A DNA stretch of 64,000 nucleotides. Source: Pirellulales bacterium. Lineage in GTDB: Bacteria; Planctomycetota; Planctomycetia; Pirellulales; Lacipirellulaceae. Position numbers and translations under genes: made by a program. The notes below the pieces were generated by a model that saw only the letters and a program-made list of their open reading frames with translations, had not been told where the DNA came from and did no database searches. This document shows positions 17,514-27,717 of the stretch, one piece after another. The stretch's first letter is position 1; each line of letters begins with the position of its first letter. Location: assembly GCA_963733825.1 (NCBI GenBank), contig CAVTEK010000016.1, positions 29,791 through 93,790 of the forward strand. The letters run 5' to 3'.

Positions 17514-19387
17514 ATGCCGCATATTCAGCAACTATCGCCGAGTGTCGTGAATAAGATCGCCGCGGGTGAGGTGATCGAGCGGCCGGCCAGCGTGGTAAAG
17601 GAGCTGCTGGAGAATGCGGTCGATTCGGCGCGACGCGGATCGATGTTCGGCTCGAAAAAGGAGGCAGCGAGGTGATCCGCGTTGCCGACAATGGTTGCGG
17701 CATCGCGGCTAATGAACTGCAGCTGGCGGTGGCAAGTCATGCGACAAGCAAGATCAGCTCGGCGGACGATTTATTCTCGATCGCGACGTTGGGCTTTCGC
17801 GGCGAAGCGCTGGCGTCGATCGCCGAAATCAGCCGCTTGCTAATTCGCAGCCGGACTGCGGATAGCGCGAGCGGCGGCGAGCTGGAGGTCGTCGGCGGTG
17901 TGGCGGGCGCGGTAGCGCCGGTCGGTTGCCCGGTCGGCACAACGATCGAAGTGCGGAATCTGTTCTTCAACACACCCGTGCGACATAAGTTTCTGCGATC
18001 GGCCCAAACGGAAATGGGGCATTCGATCGAGGCGATGACGCGGCTTGCGCTTGCTCACCCGGAAATCCACATCACGCTTTCGCACAATGGCCGCCTGGTG
18101 CACGATCTGCCGCCGGTTCCGAATATCCGCGGACGCATCGCCGCGTTTTTTGGCGACGAGCTGGCCGACGACCTGATCGAGATCGAGAGCACGAACGAAG
18201 GCATTCGGCTTAATGGTTTCGTGGCCAATCCGATGCACAGCCGTGCCACCGGCCGCATGCAATATTTATTCCTCAACGGGCGCGCGATTCGAGACCGAGC
18301 GCTGCAGCATGCGCTGGGTGAGGCCTATCGCGGTCTGATGCTGACGGGCCGCCAACCGATCTGTTTCCTGCGTCTGGAGATGCCCGCCGAATTGGTGGAT
18401 GTGAACGTTCATCCCACAAAGCAGGAAGTTCGGTTTCAAGACTCGGGGAGGTTGTATAGTCAGCTGTTGGGTACGCTGCGCACTAAATTCTTGACGACGG
18501 ATCTGACGGCGCGCGGCAAAACGACAAGTTCTGTGTATTCGACCGGCGACGATGAGGCCGATTCGGCTGCCTCCGGTGCCAGCCAATTGGTGCAATGGGC
18601 GAAGCAGGAATTGGGACAGCAATTGGAGCGGACTGGGGAGTTGTCGCCGCCGACATTTACCGGGGCCGAGGACGGCCCGGCTCGCTCGGAATTTGGTGTT
18701 GTGAAACGTGCGCCGCAAATGCCCGGCGAGCCGTTGCGGCTTCATCGATTGGATGCGCCGGCGTCTGCGCCATTCGAGTTCGACCGTGCGCAATACAGTA
18801 GCCGGCTGCCGCCCGATGCGAACAATGCGCTGCAAGTTCATAACCGATATCTGGTTGTGGAAACAGATGTTGGCATCGAAGTCATTGATCAGCACGCCCT
18901 TCACGAGCGGATTCTTTACGAGCAGCTTCGCGATAAAGTCCTGAGCGGTGCGCTGGAATCGCAAAGACTATTGGTGCCCGAACCGGTCGATTTGACGGCA
19001 ACCGAATCGGCCGCCGCATTAGAGCATTCTCAACTGTTGGCTCAGCTGGGGGTCGAGGTTCAGCCCTTTGGTGGCGAAACGGTACTGGTTTCCAGCTACC
19101 CGGCGATGCTGGCGAACTTGAGCCCCGCCGAGGTTTTGCGCGAACTGGTGGAAAAACTTCTCGCCGGCGGCAGGCAGCCCGATGCTCGTGATTTGCTCGA
19201 TGAGCTGCTGCACATGATCGCCTGCAAGGCGGCCATAAAGTTTGGAGACCGGCTTTCGGCCGAGGAAATCCAGTCGCTTCTCGCCCAGCGTCACCTAGCC
19301 CAAGATCAGCACCACTGCCCGCACGGCCGGCCGACCTCGCTCGTTTTCACCCGCGACGACCTGGACCGGCAGTTCAAGCGGATTTGA
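17514..19387 (+). pseudogene. mutL: DNA mismatch repair protein MutL, frameshift near 17626 inside the N-terminal ATPase domain
   Basis: [38 protein letters not shown], then the frame is lost. [33 protein letters not shown] and the C-terminal CPHGRP motif continue in the next frame (ORF 17672-19387). Confidence 0.85.
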
Positions 19388-19470
19388 TGGGAATCGGCAA
19401 GTAGGCCACAATGGAATGGTAAGTCTGCCTAAAGGCAATTGCCGATCTCGGGTTGCGGATTAAAAAGGCA

Positions 19471-20991
19471 GTAACACTTCAGCCGTCTGAAGTTGATGTT
19501 GGTTGATTTTAAGGTATTGGGTTATGTCTGTGGGGTATGGCATCGTGTGCAAAGTTGTCCGCAAGATCGACGTTGGAGACACTTCGCAGCGGCGAGTTGA
19601 CCGAGGCGCAAGCGCGGAGTCTGTTTCAGCAGGGGGAAGAAGCGGTTGTGTTCGCGCTGTTGGAAATGAGCAAGCGGTTGGCCGAGGCGCAGGAGAAGAA
19701 CGGTTCTTGGGCGACCCCCTCGACTCCCTCGGGGATGGTTCCGGTGTACGAGAAGCCGCCGGCCAAGCGTCGCGGCAAGAAGCGGCCCGGCGGCAAGCGT
19801 GGGCATCCCGGTTCTCGACGACCATCGCCCGAACGTGTCGACTGGCAGGTCGAGCATCGCGCCGATTGCTGCCCCGACTGCGGCTCGCGCCTCAGAGCTG
19901 CTGCGGAGACCCGCGTCCGCTACACCGAAGACATTCCAGACGTGCAGCCGGAGACGACCGAACATACGATCCACCGCGATTGGTGCCCGCAGTGCCGCAA
20001 AAAGGTCGAGCCGCCAGTGACCGCCGCTTTGCCGGGGTGCTTGCTGGGCAATCGCGTGCTGGCGCTCTCGGCGTGGCTGCATTACGCCTTGGGGAACACG
20101 CTCTCGCAGATCGTCGAGGTGTTCAACTTTCACCTGCAGTTCAAGATCACTCCCGGCGGTCTGGTGCAGATGTGGCAGCGGCTGCAGGAGTTGTTGTACG
20201 GCTGGTACGAACAAATTCAGCAAGAAGCGCTGGACTCGGCCGTCTTGCATGGCGACGAGACCGGTTGGCGGAACGACGGCCAAACGAACTGGCTGTGGTC
20301 CTTTGGCAACCAGCATTTGACGTACTACCTGATCGACCGCTCGCGCGGCAGTCCGGCCTTGGCGAAGTTCTTCATCCAGGAATTCGCCGGGACGCTGGTG
20401 ACCGACTTTTGGGGCGCCTACAACGCGGTCTCGTGCGCGGCGCGGCAAACGTGCCTGGTCCATCTGTTGCGCGAGTTGGAACAGACGGAGCAGTACAAGT
20501 CGCCGGGCGCATTGGTCGGCCTTCGCCAAGAAGCTGCGGCGACTGGTGGGGGACGCGATCCGGCTGTGGCGGCGGAAGCCGGAGCTGTCCGTCGAGACAT
20601 ACGCTTCCCGCCGGGACTGCCTCGACCGGCGGTTGGCCGAGCTCGTCGACGGGCCGTGGGAAGACCCCCACTCCCGACGCTTGGTAAAGCGCCTCAGGCG
20701 GCATCAGTACGACTTGTTCACGTTCCTCGATCAAGCCGGAGTTCCCTTCGACAACAACCACGCCGAACGATCGATCCGCCCGGCGGTGATCCTCCGCAAA
20801 AACAGCTACGGCAACCGAAGCCAACGCGGCACCGACTGCCAAGCCGTGCTGATGAGCGTCTTCCGCACGCTCAAACAACGCGGCCACGACCCGATTCAAA
20901 CCGTCGTCCAGGCGATTGAGCAATACCTCGCACACAACACACTACCGCACCTGCCACCGCCAAAAATCGCTTCAGACGGCTGAAGTGTTAC
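19471..20991 (+). mobile_element. IS66-family insertion sequence, single-ORF type (1521 bp)
   Basis: Perfect 22-bp IRs GTAACACTTCAGCCGTCTGAAG (19471-19492) and its reverse complement (20970-20991). 8-bp target duplication AAAAGGCA (19463-19470 and 20992-20999). Confidence 0.92.
19537..20983 (+). pseudogene. IS66-family transposase, one frameshift near 20508-20513
   Basis: N-terminal coiled coil, zinc-ribbon CCPDCG..CPQCRK, DETGWR..NWLWSF..TDFWGAY core. After ..YKSPG the C-terminus (WSAFAKKLRRLVGDAIRLW..PFDNNHAERSIRP..RKNSYG) continues in the frame of ORF 20546-20983. Confidence 0.85.
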
Positions 20992-21024
20992 AAAAGGCAT
21001 TATTCCGCACTCCGAAGTCGTCCT

Positions 21025-21052
21025 GACCTCCGACCTCTGACCTCCGACTTCT
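21025..21052. repeat. Tandem heptamers GACCTCC GACCTCT GACCTCC GACTTCT upstream of aroD/E
   Basis: Read directly. Lies 26 nt to the right of the IS66 target duplication. Confidence 0.8.
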
Positions 21053-21056
21053 CCCC

Positions 21057-22547
21057 ATGATTTGCGTCAGCATAGGCCGTAGCCGGCACAAGCACATGCT
21101 GGCCGAGTTCGCCCACCTGGTGGAGCAGGGGGCCGAGCTGGTCGAGCTGCGGCTGGATTACATTAGCTCGCGAGTAAATATCCAGCGGCTGTTGAAAGAC
21201 CGGCCATGCGCAACGGTCGTCACGGTTCGCCGCGAGGAGGACGGCGGCAAGTACACGGGCAGCGAAGAAACGCGGATGACGATGCTCCGCGAAGCGATCG
21301 CCAACGGAGTTGAGTACATTGATTTGGAGGACGACATCGCCGGCCAAATTCCGCGGTTCGGCAAGACGAAGCGGATCATCAGCCACCACAACTTTCGAAA
21401 CACGCCCGATAATCTGCGCGAGCTTCACAATCAGATGAAGTCGCTGGATGCCGACATCGTGAAAATCGCCACGATGGCCAACCAGCCGCACGATAACTTG
21501 CGGATGCTCGAAATGGTGCAGGAGAGCAATTGCGACACCGTTGGCATGTGCATGGGCGATATCGGGATCTCGTCGCGCATTTTGGGCCCCAAATTTGGGG
21601 CCAAGTTTACTTACGCGACTTTTCATCACGAGCGGGCACTGGCGCCGGGGCAGCTCAGTTACGACCAAATGGTGAACGTCTTCCGGCACAACAGCATTCG
21701 CGCGGAAACGGCGGTCTACGGCGTTGTCGCAGATCCGGTGGGTCACAGTTTGAGCCCGCAGATACACAATGCGGAGTTTGGCGAAGCAGGCGTCGATGCG
21801 GTTTACGTGCCGTTCCGGGTCCCATTCGATACGCTGGGCCAATTCATGGACGATGTGACTCGGCTGGGAATCCGCGGCCTGAGCGTCACGATTCCTCACA
21901 AGGAAGCCGTCGCCAAGTTTCTCACCAAGGTGGACCCCGCGGTGAAGGGTATTGGCGCGGTCAACACGGTGCTGTTTCGAGGCGACGATGTGTTGGGCTA
22001 CAATACCGATTACAAAGCCGCCATGGACTGTCTGGAAAACGCACTCGGCGGCGTCGTGCTGCCGGGAACACCCAGCCCATTGGAAGGTAAAAACGTTCTT
22101 GTCTTAGGGGCAGGCGGAGTTGCCCGCGCGGTAATGTACGGCTTGCAACGGCGCGGCGCGAAAACAACAATCGCCAGCCGCACGCGGTCTCGAGCCCAAT
22201 TCCTGGCCGATATGTTTGGCGGGAAATGCGTCGAATGGCAAGCGCGTCACTCCGCAGCGGAGATCCTTGTTAATTGCACGCCGGTGGGAATGCACCCCAA
22301 CGTCGACGAAACGCCTTACAATAAGTCGCACCTCAAACCAAATATGGTTGTGTTCGACACCGTGTACAATCCGGAATCGACGCTGCTCCTGAAGGAGGCC
22401 CGCTCGCAGGGTTGCAAGGCTGTGACCGGCGTCGAAATGTTTATCAAACAGGCGGCGCTTCAGTTTTATCTCTTTACCGGCAAGGAAGCATCGGAGGCGC
22501 GGATGCGCGAGACGCTCAAACGAGCGATCGGCTCGGTAAAGTACTAG
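21057..22547 (+). CDS. aroDE: Bifunctional 3-dehydroquinate dehydratase (type I) / shikimate 5-dehydrogenase
   Basis: 496 aa. N-half MICVSIGRSRH..ELVELRLDY..IISHHNF..DIVKIATMA (AroD-I). C-half YGVVADPVGHSLSPQIHN..SVTIPHKEA..NTDY..VLVLGAGGVARA (AroE). Confidence 0.92.
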   Translation: MICVSIGRSRHKHMLAEFAHLVEQGAELVELRLDYISSRVNIQRLLKDRPCATVVTVRREEDGGKYTGSEETRMTMLREAIANGVEYIDLEDDIAGQIPRFGKTKRIISHHNFRNTPDNLRELHNQMKSLDADIVKIATMANQPHDNLRMLEMVQESNCDTVGMCMGDIGISSRILGPKFGAKFTYATFHHERALAPGQLSYDQMVNVFRHNSIRAETAVYGVVADPVGHSLSPQIHNAEFGEAGVDAVYVPFRVPFDTLGQFMDDVTRLGIRGLSVTIPHKEAVAKFLTKVDPAVKGIGAVNTVLFRGDDVLGYNTDYKAAMDCLENALGGVVLPGTPSPLEGKNVLVLGAGGVARAVMYGLQRRGAKTTIASRTRSRAQFLADMFGGKCVEWQARHSAAEILVNCTPVGMHPNVDETPYNKSHLKPNMVVFDTVYNPESTLLLKEARSQGCKAVTGVEMFIKQAALQFYLFTGKEASEARMRETLKRAIGSVKY

Positions 22548-22655
22548 TTCTACAGCAAGGTTTTCATGCGGACGCCACAACGCATTGCGGTTGTCAAGGG
22601 TCGCTAGCTCGCAAATTGTAGTGCGAGCAGCAGCGAAGTCTTGCTGTAGAACTAG
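22544..22655. repeat. 112-nt MITE-like / structured element bounded by a perfect 16-bp inverted repeat
   Basis: CTAGTTCTACAGCAAG (22544-22559) and CTTGCTGTAGAACTAG (22640-22655). Inner hairpins acaac..gttgt and gctcgc..gcgagc. The aroDE stop TAG (22545-22547) lies inside the left arm. TA dinucleotides flank a 13-bp core IR. Confidence 0.65.
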
Positions 22656-22675
22656 GGAGTGGGGAGTGGGGAGTG
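22655..22675. repeat. Tandem heptamer (GGGAGTG)x3
   Basis: gggagtg gggagtg gggagtg read directly, between the MITE-like element and aroK. Confidence 0.85.
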
Positions 22676-22706
22676 CCGCATTAGCGGGCGGGGGAACTGG
22701 GATCAC

Positions 22707-23234
22707 ATGGCTCATCGCGGCGACGCGCCGATCTTCCTCGTTGGCTACCGCGGCACCGGCAAGACATCGGTCGCCCGCGAACTGGCCGCGCAATTGGGCT
22801 ACGACTGGATCGATGCGGACGACGTCGTGGAGCACGAGGCCGGCAAAACGATCGCGGCGATTTTTGCCGACGAGGGCGAGGCGGCGTTTCGAGATTGGGA
22901 AACGCGCGTCGTGGCCGAGCTTTGTCGCAAACGGCGGACCGTGGTGGCTTTGGGTGGCGGGGCCATTTTGCGAGTAGAGAATCGGCAGGCAATTTCAAAT
23001 GCCGGGCCGGTTGTGTGGCTGACGGCTGAAATCGACACGATTCTCGCGCGGCTGGCGGCCGATCCGACAACCTCTCATCGGCGGCCCAAGCTTTCCGTGG
23101 CCGGCGGCCGCGGGGAAATCGAAGCTCTTCTCGCCAGCCGGACGCCCTGGTATCGCCAGTGTGCTACGCTTGTCGTGGATACCGAGGGCAAGACAGCCGC
23201 CGAAGTGGCGGCCGAGATCGCGGCCAAACTATAA
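22707..23234 (+). CDS. aroK: Shikimate kinase
   Basis: ATG 22707. IFLVGYRGTGKTSVARELA (P-loop), DADDVVE, AFRDWE, LGGGAIL. Confidence 0.9.
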   Translation: MAHRGDAPIFLVGYRGTGKTSVARELAAQLGYDWIDADDVVEHEAGKTIAAIFADEGEAAFRDWETRVVAELCRKRRTVVALGGGAILRVENRQAISNAGPVVWLTAEIDTILARLAADPTTSHRRPKLSVAGGRGEIEALLASRTPWYRQCATLVVDTEGKTAAEVAAEIAAKL

Positions 23235-23252
23235 AACTTCGCGGCACATGAC

Positions 23253-24490
23253 ATGGATGTTTCGATGATTCCACTGGCTGTGCGATTGGTCGTCGTATTT
23301 GTGATCGGCGCGGGCCTGGGCTCGCTGGCGAATTGGGCCATTCGCACGTTTGCCTGGTTTCCGCGGCCAACTGCGGGGACCGGCATCCGGCCTATGTTGC
23401 TGCTCATTGGGACCGGCATTGCGCTCGCGACGCTTTATTGGTGGGAGATCGAGCGGCTTGGGTTAATTCACGAGCAGCTCGAAGGTACGCCGATCGTGCG
23501 GCCGACGTGGACGCTTCACCTGCAATTTGCCGCCCACGCGCTGTTATTGTGCTGGATGCTGGCCGCGTCGTTCATCGATATCGATGAGAAGATCATCCCC
23601 GATGAAATAACTGTCAGCGGAACCTTGCTCGGACTTGTCCTGGCGATGCTTGTGCCCATGTCGCTATTGCCAAACATAACGGAGCGAGCCGCGGCACCGG
23701 CCGGCACGCCCGCTGCCCTGCTGATGATGCCGGCGGGTGGCCCAGCGATCGGTGCCAACGGAAACTCGCTCTGGCTGGAAGCGGTGACCGCTGTCTCGCC
23801 CAATGAATGGCCGCCGACGTGGGGACAACCTCGCCAGTGGCGCTCGCTTTCCATCGGACTGGCATGTTATTGGTTGTGGTGCTTTGCCCTGGCGCCGCGG
23901 ATTGGCGCGGGCGGCGTGGGCCGTTGTTCGCGCTCGGTCTGATTGGGAGCCGATTGAAGCGCGAGTTCGCCCGTCCGCCGCTCAGAACGTTAACCCTGTT
24001 TGGCTCGACCGCAATCGTTTGCGTTTGGGCACTCGGAGAGGGCGCGTGGGCCGGATTGCTCACGGCGCTCATCGGTCTGGTGGCGAGCGGCGGCATGGTG
24101 TGGGCGGTGCGGCTGATTGCCACGGGGGCACTTCGCAAAGAAGCGATGGGCTTCGGCGATGTCACACTGATGATGATGATTGGCACGTTTCTCGGCTGGC
24201 AAGCGTCGATCATCACTTTCTTTGTCTCGCCGTTTGCTGCGCTCGTGGTCGGTGCGGTCCAGTATGTATCGCGGCGTGATGATGTGATTCCTTTCGGTCC
24301 ATTCTTATGCCTGGCGGCGGCGGTTGTCGTGGTTGCCTGGGCATCGTTCTGGATGTGGGCCACGCCGTTATTCGTTTGGGGTTGGCTGGTGCCGGCGGTG
24401 CTTATTATTTGCCTGGCCCTGCTCGGCGTAATGCTCACGATTTGGCGGATTTTTAAGGAATTTCTGTTTGGCGTCGGCAGCGCCGAGTAG
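23253..24490 (+). pseudogene. Prepilin (type IV leader) peptidase, A24 family, frameshift near 23900
   Basis: First Asp motif SFIDIDEKIIPDE in ORF 23253-23942. Second Asp motif GFGDVTLMMMIG in overlapping ORF 23807-24490. The junction reads ..ALAPRI / WRGRRGPLFALGLIG. Confidence 0.8.
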
Positions 24491-24516
24491 CGAGGTATGC
24501 TTTCGAGGGGCGCGCG

Positions 24517-25086
24517 ATGCCTAGCTTTTGCGAAACTGTCTGCGACTTGGAGATTGGCTGCGATCGCATCCGCGCTCGGCGGTATGGCGTGATCGAGACA
24601 TCCGCCGGCACGTTGAAAGCGATCCATTTGCGTCCTTTTCCGAAACTGCTTGCAGCGCTTGAGATTTTGCCGCTGGGGCCGAAATATCATCAGCGCGGCA
24701 CGGCGGATCGCTGCCTGCTGTATTACAACCAGCCCCGGCGTACGCCGAACTATTTGGCGCTCAAATACGTTGTCTCGACGCTCGGCACGAGTTACCAGAC
24801 GTTTCGGGCGGCCCTCACGGCCCTCGACGCCGTCGCCGAGCTGAAGCACATCGACGCCATCGTTTGTGATGCGGCGAACATGCGACTTTCGGATCGCCTG
24901 CTGGCCCGGCTCGGTTGGGCGCCGCACAAACCGCAGCGTTGGCATCGAAATTTCATCCGGCGGTTTTACGGCGTGTATCCAACGTATCAGGGACCGGTGC
25001 GGGTGCTAGCGAAACCGCAAGCGGGTGGTTCGATCATCTTCGGCGACAGCATCAAAGACAGCGGGCTTGTCGCGGTAGCACAGTAG
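24517..25086 (+). CDS. Hypothetical protein (189 aa)
   Basis: ATG start, tight spacing after the peptidase gene, protein-like composition. No family recognised. Confidence 0.55.
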   Translation: MPSFCETVCDLEIGCDRIRARRYGVIETSAGTLKAIHLRPFPKLLAALEILPLGPKYHQRGTADRCLLYYNQPRRTPNYLALKYVVSTLGTSYQTFRAALTALDAVAELKHIDAIVCDAANMRLSDRLLARLGWAPHKPQRWHRNFIRRFYGVYPTYQGPVRVLAKPQAGGSIIFGDSIKDSGLVAVAQ

Positions 25087-25134
25087 TGCTAGTCTCCGCC
25101 GCTCTTCACTAATTCATCAGCCGCGAAGGACTCC

Positions 25135-25989
25135 GTGGCCGTGTTATTTGCCTTTCGATGCCCGACCGCCGGCGCAATCGCGATCGGCCTATTCGCGTTT
25201 GCACTGACGGGTTGCAATCAATACGCGGCTAGCCCGTATGCGCAGCAGCAGGCGCCGGTGACACTCTCTCCGCAGCAGCAAACGGCGCTGGCACAGCAAA
25301 CGCAGCAGTATCAGCAGCGGGCCGCTTCGCTCGATCGCGACAACCAAGAGCTCCAGTCGATGCTGGCCCAGTCGCGTCAACAAAGTCAACTACTGCAGGA
25401 ACAGATGCAGGCGACGCAGACGCAGCTCCGCGATACGACCGATCGCCTCGCGGCCTTGCAAACGGATAACGAACAGCTTCGCGGACGCACGTCGGCGATG
25501 GCGGCCGGCATGCAGACTCGCAGCCAGGCCGAGATTCATGCGAACAACACACTGCTGCGAAGCATGACCATCACCAACATGCCGGGCATCAATGTCCGGC
25601 AAGATGGCGATGTGATCCGCATCGAGCTTCCCAGCGACCAGCTTTTCAATCTGGGCACGGCCCAGCTCAAGCTCGGCGCCGACGCGATTTTGAAAACGGT
25701 CGCGGCGGACGTGTCGCAAAATTATCCCCAGCAACTGGTCGGCATCGAGGGGCACACGGATGGCAGCCCGATGACCTCGCCCCAATTTCCGACCGATCAG
25801 CACCTGGCGGTGGCTCAGGCGATGACGGTGTACGACGCCTTGACGCGCGGAGGCGGTCTGCAAGCCAGGCAGCTCTTCGTCGTCGGGCATGGCGGCAGCC
25901 ACCCGGTCGTATCGAACGGCACCGAAGCCGGCCGTGCGCGGAACCGCCGCGTCGAAATCGTGGTCTATCCCGAGACGATGCGACGGTAG
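25135..25989 (+). CDS. OmpA/MotB-domain lipoprotein with Gln-rich coiled-coil linker
   Basis: Lipobox-like FALTGCNQ, Q-rich heptads, C-terminal GIEGHTDGSP..VVGHGGSHPV..GRARNRRVEIVVYP. Confidence 0.85.
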   Translation: MAVLFAFRCPTAGAIAIGLFAFALTGCNQYAASPYAQQQAPVTLSPQQQTALAQQTQQYQQRAASLDRDNQELQSMLAQSRQQSQLLQEQMQATQTQLRDTTDRLAALQTDNEQLRGRTSAMAAGMQTRSQAEIHANNTLLRSMTITNMPGINVRQDGDVIRIELPSDQLFNLGTAQLKLGADAILKTVAADVSQNYPQQLVGIEGHTDGSPMTSPQFPTDQHLAVAQAMTVYDALTRGGGLQARQLFVVGHGGSHPVVSNGTEAGRARNRRVEIVVYPETMRR

Positions 25990-25995
25990 GGGAAA

Positions 25996-26041
25996 GTGTC
26001 AGGTGTCGGCTTAAGCAACTTGACACCTGAAACCTGACACC
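25996..26041. repeat. Word hairpin GTGTCAG/CTGACAC, starting 7 nt after the OmpA-family stop
   Basis: gtgtcaggtgtc, 14-nt loop, gacacctgaaacctgacacc. Confidence 0.7.
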
Positions 26042-26132
26042 TAGACTGGCATCTCTCTCGAACCGAGAATGGAAGTTGGCTGTCTGAGCCTGCGCACTCA
26101 CCTCCCTGCATCCCGCCTCCTGCGTCCTCCCC

Positions 26133-26741
26133 ATGATCGCCATCGTCGATTACGAAATGGGCAACCTTCGCAGCGTGCAGAAGGCGTTCGAACGCGTTGG
26201 TCACGCAGCGACGATCACGAGCGACCCCGCTGTGCTGGCCGACTCTGAAAAAATCGTCCTGCCGGGCGTGGGAGCTTTTCGCGACGCGATTTCCGCGCTC
26301 CGGCAGCGAAAACTTGTCGAGCCGATCAAGGCCGCGGTCGAGGTTGGCAAACCCTTTCTCGGAATATGTCTCGGGCTGCAACTGTTGTTCGACCGAAGCT
26401 TCGAAGACGGCGAGTATGAGGGCCTTGGAATCGTGCCGGGTGAAGTGGTGCGATTCAAAGTGCCGGCTGAATTCAAGGTGCCGCACATGGGTTGGAATCA
26501 GATCCGCATTCGTCGGCGGCCCTCCATTCTCGATGGCATCGACGATTACGCTCACTTTTACTTCGTCCACTCCTACTATGTTGTGCCGCGAGATCGATCG
26601 GTCATAGCAACGGAGACCGATTACTCGTCGCCGTTCTGCTCGAGCGTCTGGCGCGACAACCTGTTCGCGGTGCAATTCCATCCGGAAAAGAGCCAGTCAG
26701 CCGGCCTGCGGCTGCTCAAAAACTTCGCCGAGCTGCGCTGA
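26133..26741 (+). CDS. hisH: Imidazole glycerol phosphate synthase, glutamine amidotransferase subunit
   Basis: [31 protein letters not shown] (Cys nucleophile), VQFHPEKS. Confidence 0.95.
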   Translation: MIAIVDYEMGNLRSVQKAFERVGHAATITSDPAVLADSEKIVLPGVGAFRDAISALRQRKLVEPIKAAVEVGKPFLGICLGLQLLFDRSFEDGEYEGLGIVPGEVVRFKVPAEFKVPHMGWNQIRIRRRPSILDGIDDYAHFYFVHSYYVVPRDRSVIATETDYSSPFCSSVWRDNLFAVQFHPEKSQSAGLRLLKNFAELR

Positions 26742-26810
26742 GGATGCGGGACGCGGGGTGCAGAGACAGTTCGATGATCGGTTTGTCGTAAGCTCCGATC
26801 CCTGCATCCT
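26741..26810. repeat. GGATGCG-word element after hisH (same word family as 44063-44145)
   Basis: aggatgcgggacgcggggtgcag, ~36-nt gap, ccctgcatcct. A related ccctgcatcccgc also lies upstream of hisH near 26104. Confidence 0.5.
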
Positions 26811-26954
26811 TCACAACTGCCTGGCAGCAATCCACTTGCGCTTATCGTGTCGAGGGCTGCCCCCTTGCGACCCTGGAAAGCGTGTGCGATATTTTGTGTT
26901 TCGGCGCTTGTCCCTCGTCCGACTCGGACGGCACTCCAATCGGAACGGTTTTCT

Positions 26955-27689
26955 ATGCAAATCTGGCCTGCGATCGATCTGCGGGGCGGAAAGTGCGTCC
27001 GGCTCAGGCAGGGCGACTATCAGCAGGAAACCGTCTTCGCTCAGGATCCGGCCGAGGTCGCCCGACAATTTGCGGCCCAGGGCGCCCAGCACCTGCACAT
27101 CGTCGATTTGGAAGGCGCTCGCGAAGGTTTGCCTGTCAATCTGCCGAGCGTACAGGAGATTGTGGCGACCGTCCGAATCGAATGTGAGCTGGGCGGTGGA
27201 ATTCGGGACGAGCAATCGGTCCGCGAACTGTTGGAATTCGGGTTGTCGCGGCTCGTCATCGGCACCTCGGCGCTGACCAACCCCGGATGGTTTCGCGAGG
27301 CTTGTCGCCAATACCCGTATCGATTGGTTTTGGGAATCGATGCCCGCGACGGCCGGGCCGCCACCGACGGCTGGCTCAATACCAGCGAGGTGGCGGCGGT
27401 CGAGCTGGCCGGCCAGTTTGCCAGTGAACCACTGGCCGCCATTATTTACACCGACATTGCAACCGATGGCATGATGCGCGGCCCGAACGTCGAGGCGATG
27501 ACCCACATGCAAGCGGCCGTAGACGTTCCCGTCATCGCCTCAGGCGGCGTGACGACTACGGACGACATTGCGCGACTGGCGGCAGCGGGACTGGCCGGAT
27601 GCATTATCGGCCGGGCATTGTACGAAGGCACGCTGACGCTCGCCGACGCATTGCGGGCTGCCGGAGAAGCTGCAAAACAAACCTTCTAA
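26955..27689 (+). CDS. hisA: ProFAR isomerase HisA
   Basis: ATG 26955: MQIWPAIDLRGGKCVRLRQGDY..HIVDLEGA..GGGIRD..IASGGV. The ORF-track start at 26847 is an upstream extension. Confidence 0.93.
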   Translation: MQIWPAIDLRGGKCVRLRQGDYQQETVFAQDPAEVARQFAAQGAQHLHIVDLEGAREGLPVNLPSVQEIVATVRIECELGGGIRDEQSVRELLEFGLSRLVIGTSALTNPGWFREACRQYPYRLVLGIDARDGRAATDGWLNTSEVAAVELAGQFASEPLAAIIYTDIATDGMMRGPNVEAMTHMQAAVDVPVIASGGVTTTDDIARLAAAGLAGCIIGRALYEGTLTLADALRAAGEAAKQTF

Positions 27690-27717
27690 TGAGTTACGTT
27701 GGCTGTAGGAGTAAAGC

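Noticed and set aside
19522-20529. 335-aa minus-strand ORF and 394-aa plus-strand ORF (19503-20687) inside the IS66 element
   Set aside because: The IS66 transposase frame (19537.., then 20546-20983) carries all family motifs. These alternative frames are low-complexity Arg/Ala/Gly translations.
21000-21899. 299-aa minus-strand ORF opposite aroDE; similar long antisense ORFs at 22104-22835, 23614-24945, 25965-26681, 26811-27512, 28719-29261, 41849-43033, 47216-48229, 50308-51285, 56117-57229, 56974-57936 and 59047-59916
   Set aside because: Each lies fully opposite a gene with clear family motifs and has non-protein-like composition. They are GC-rich shadow ORFs.
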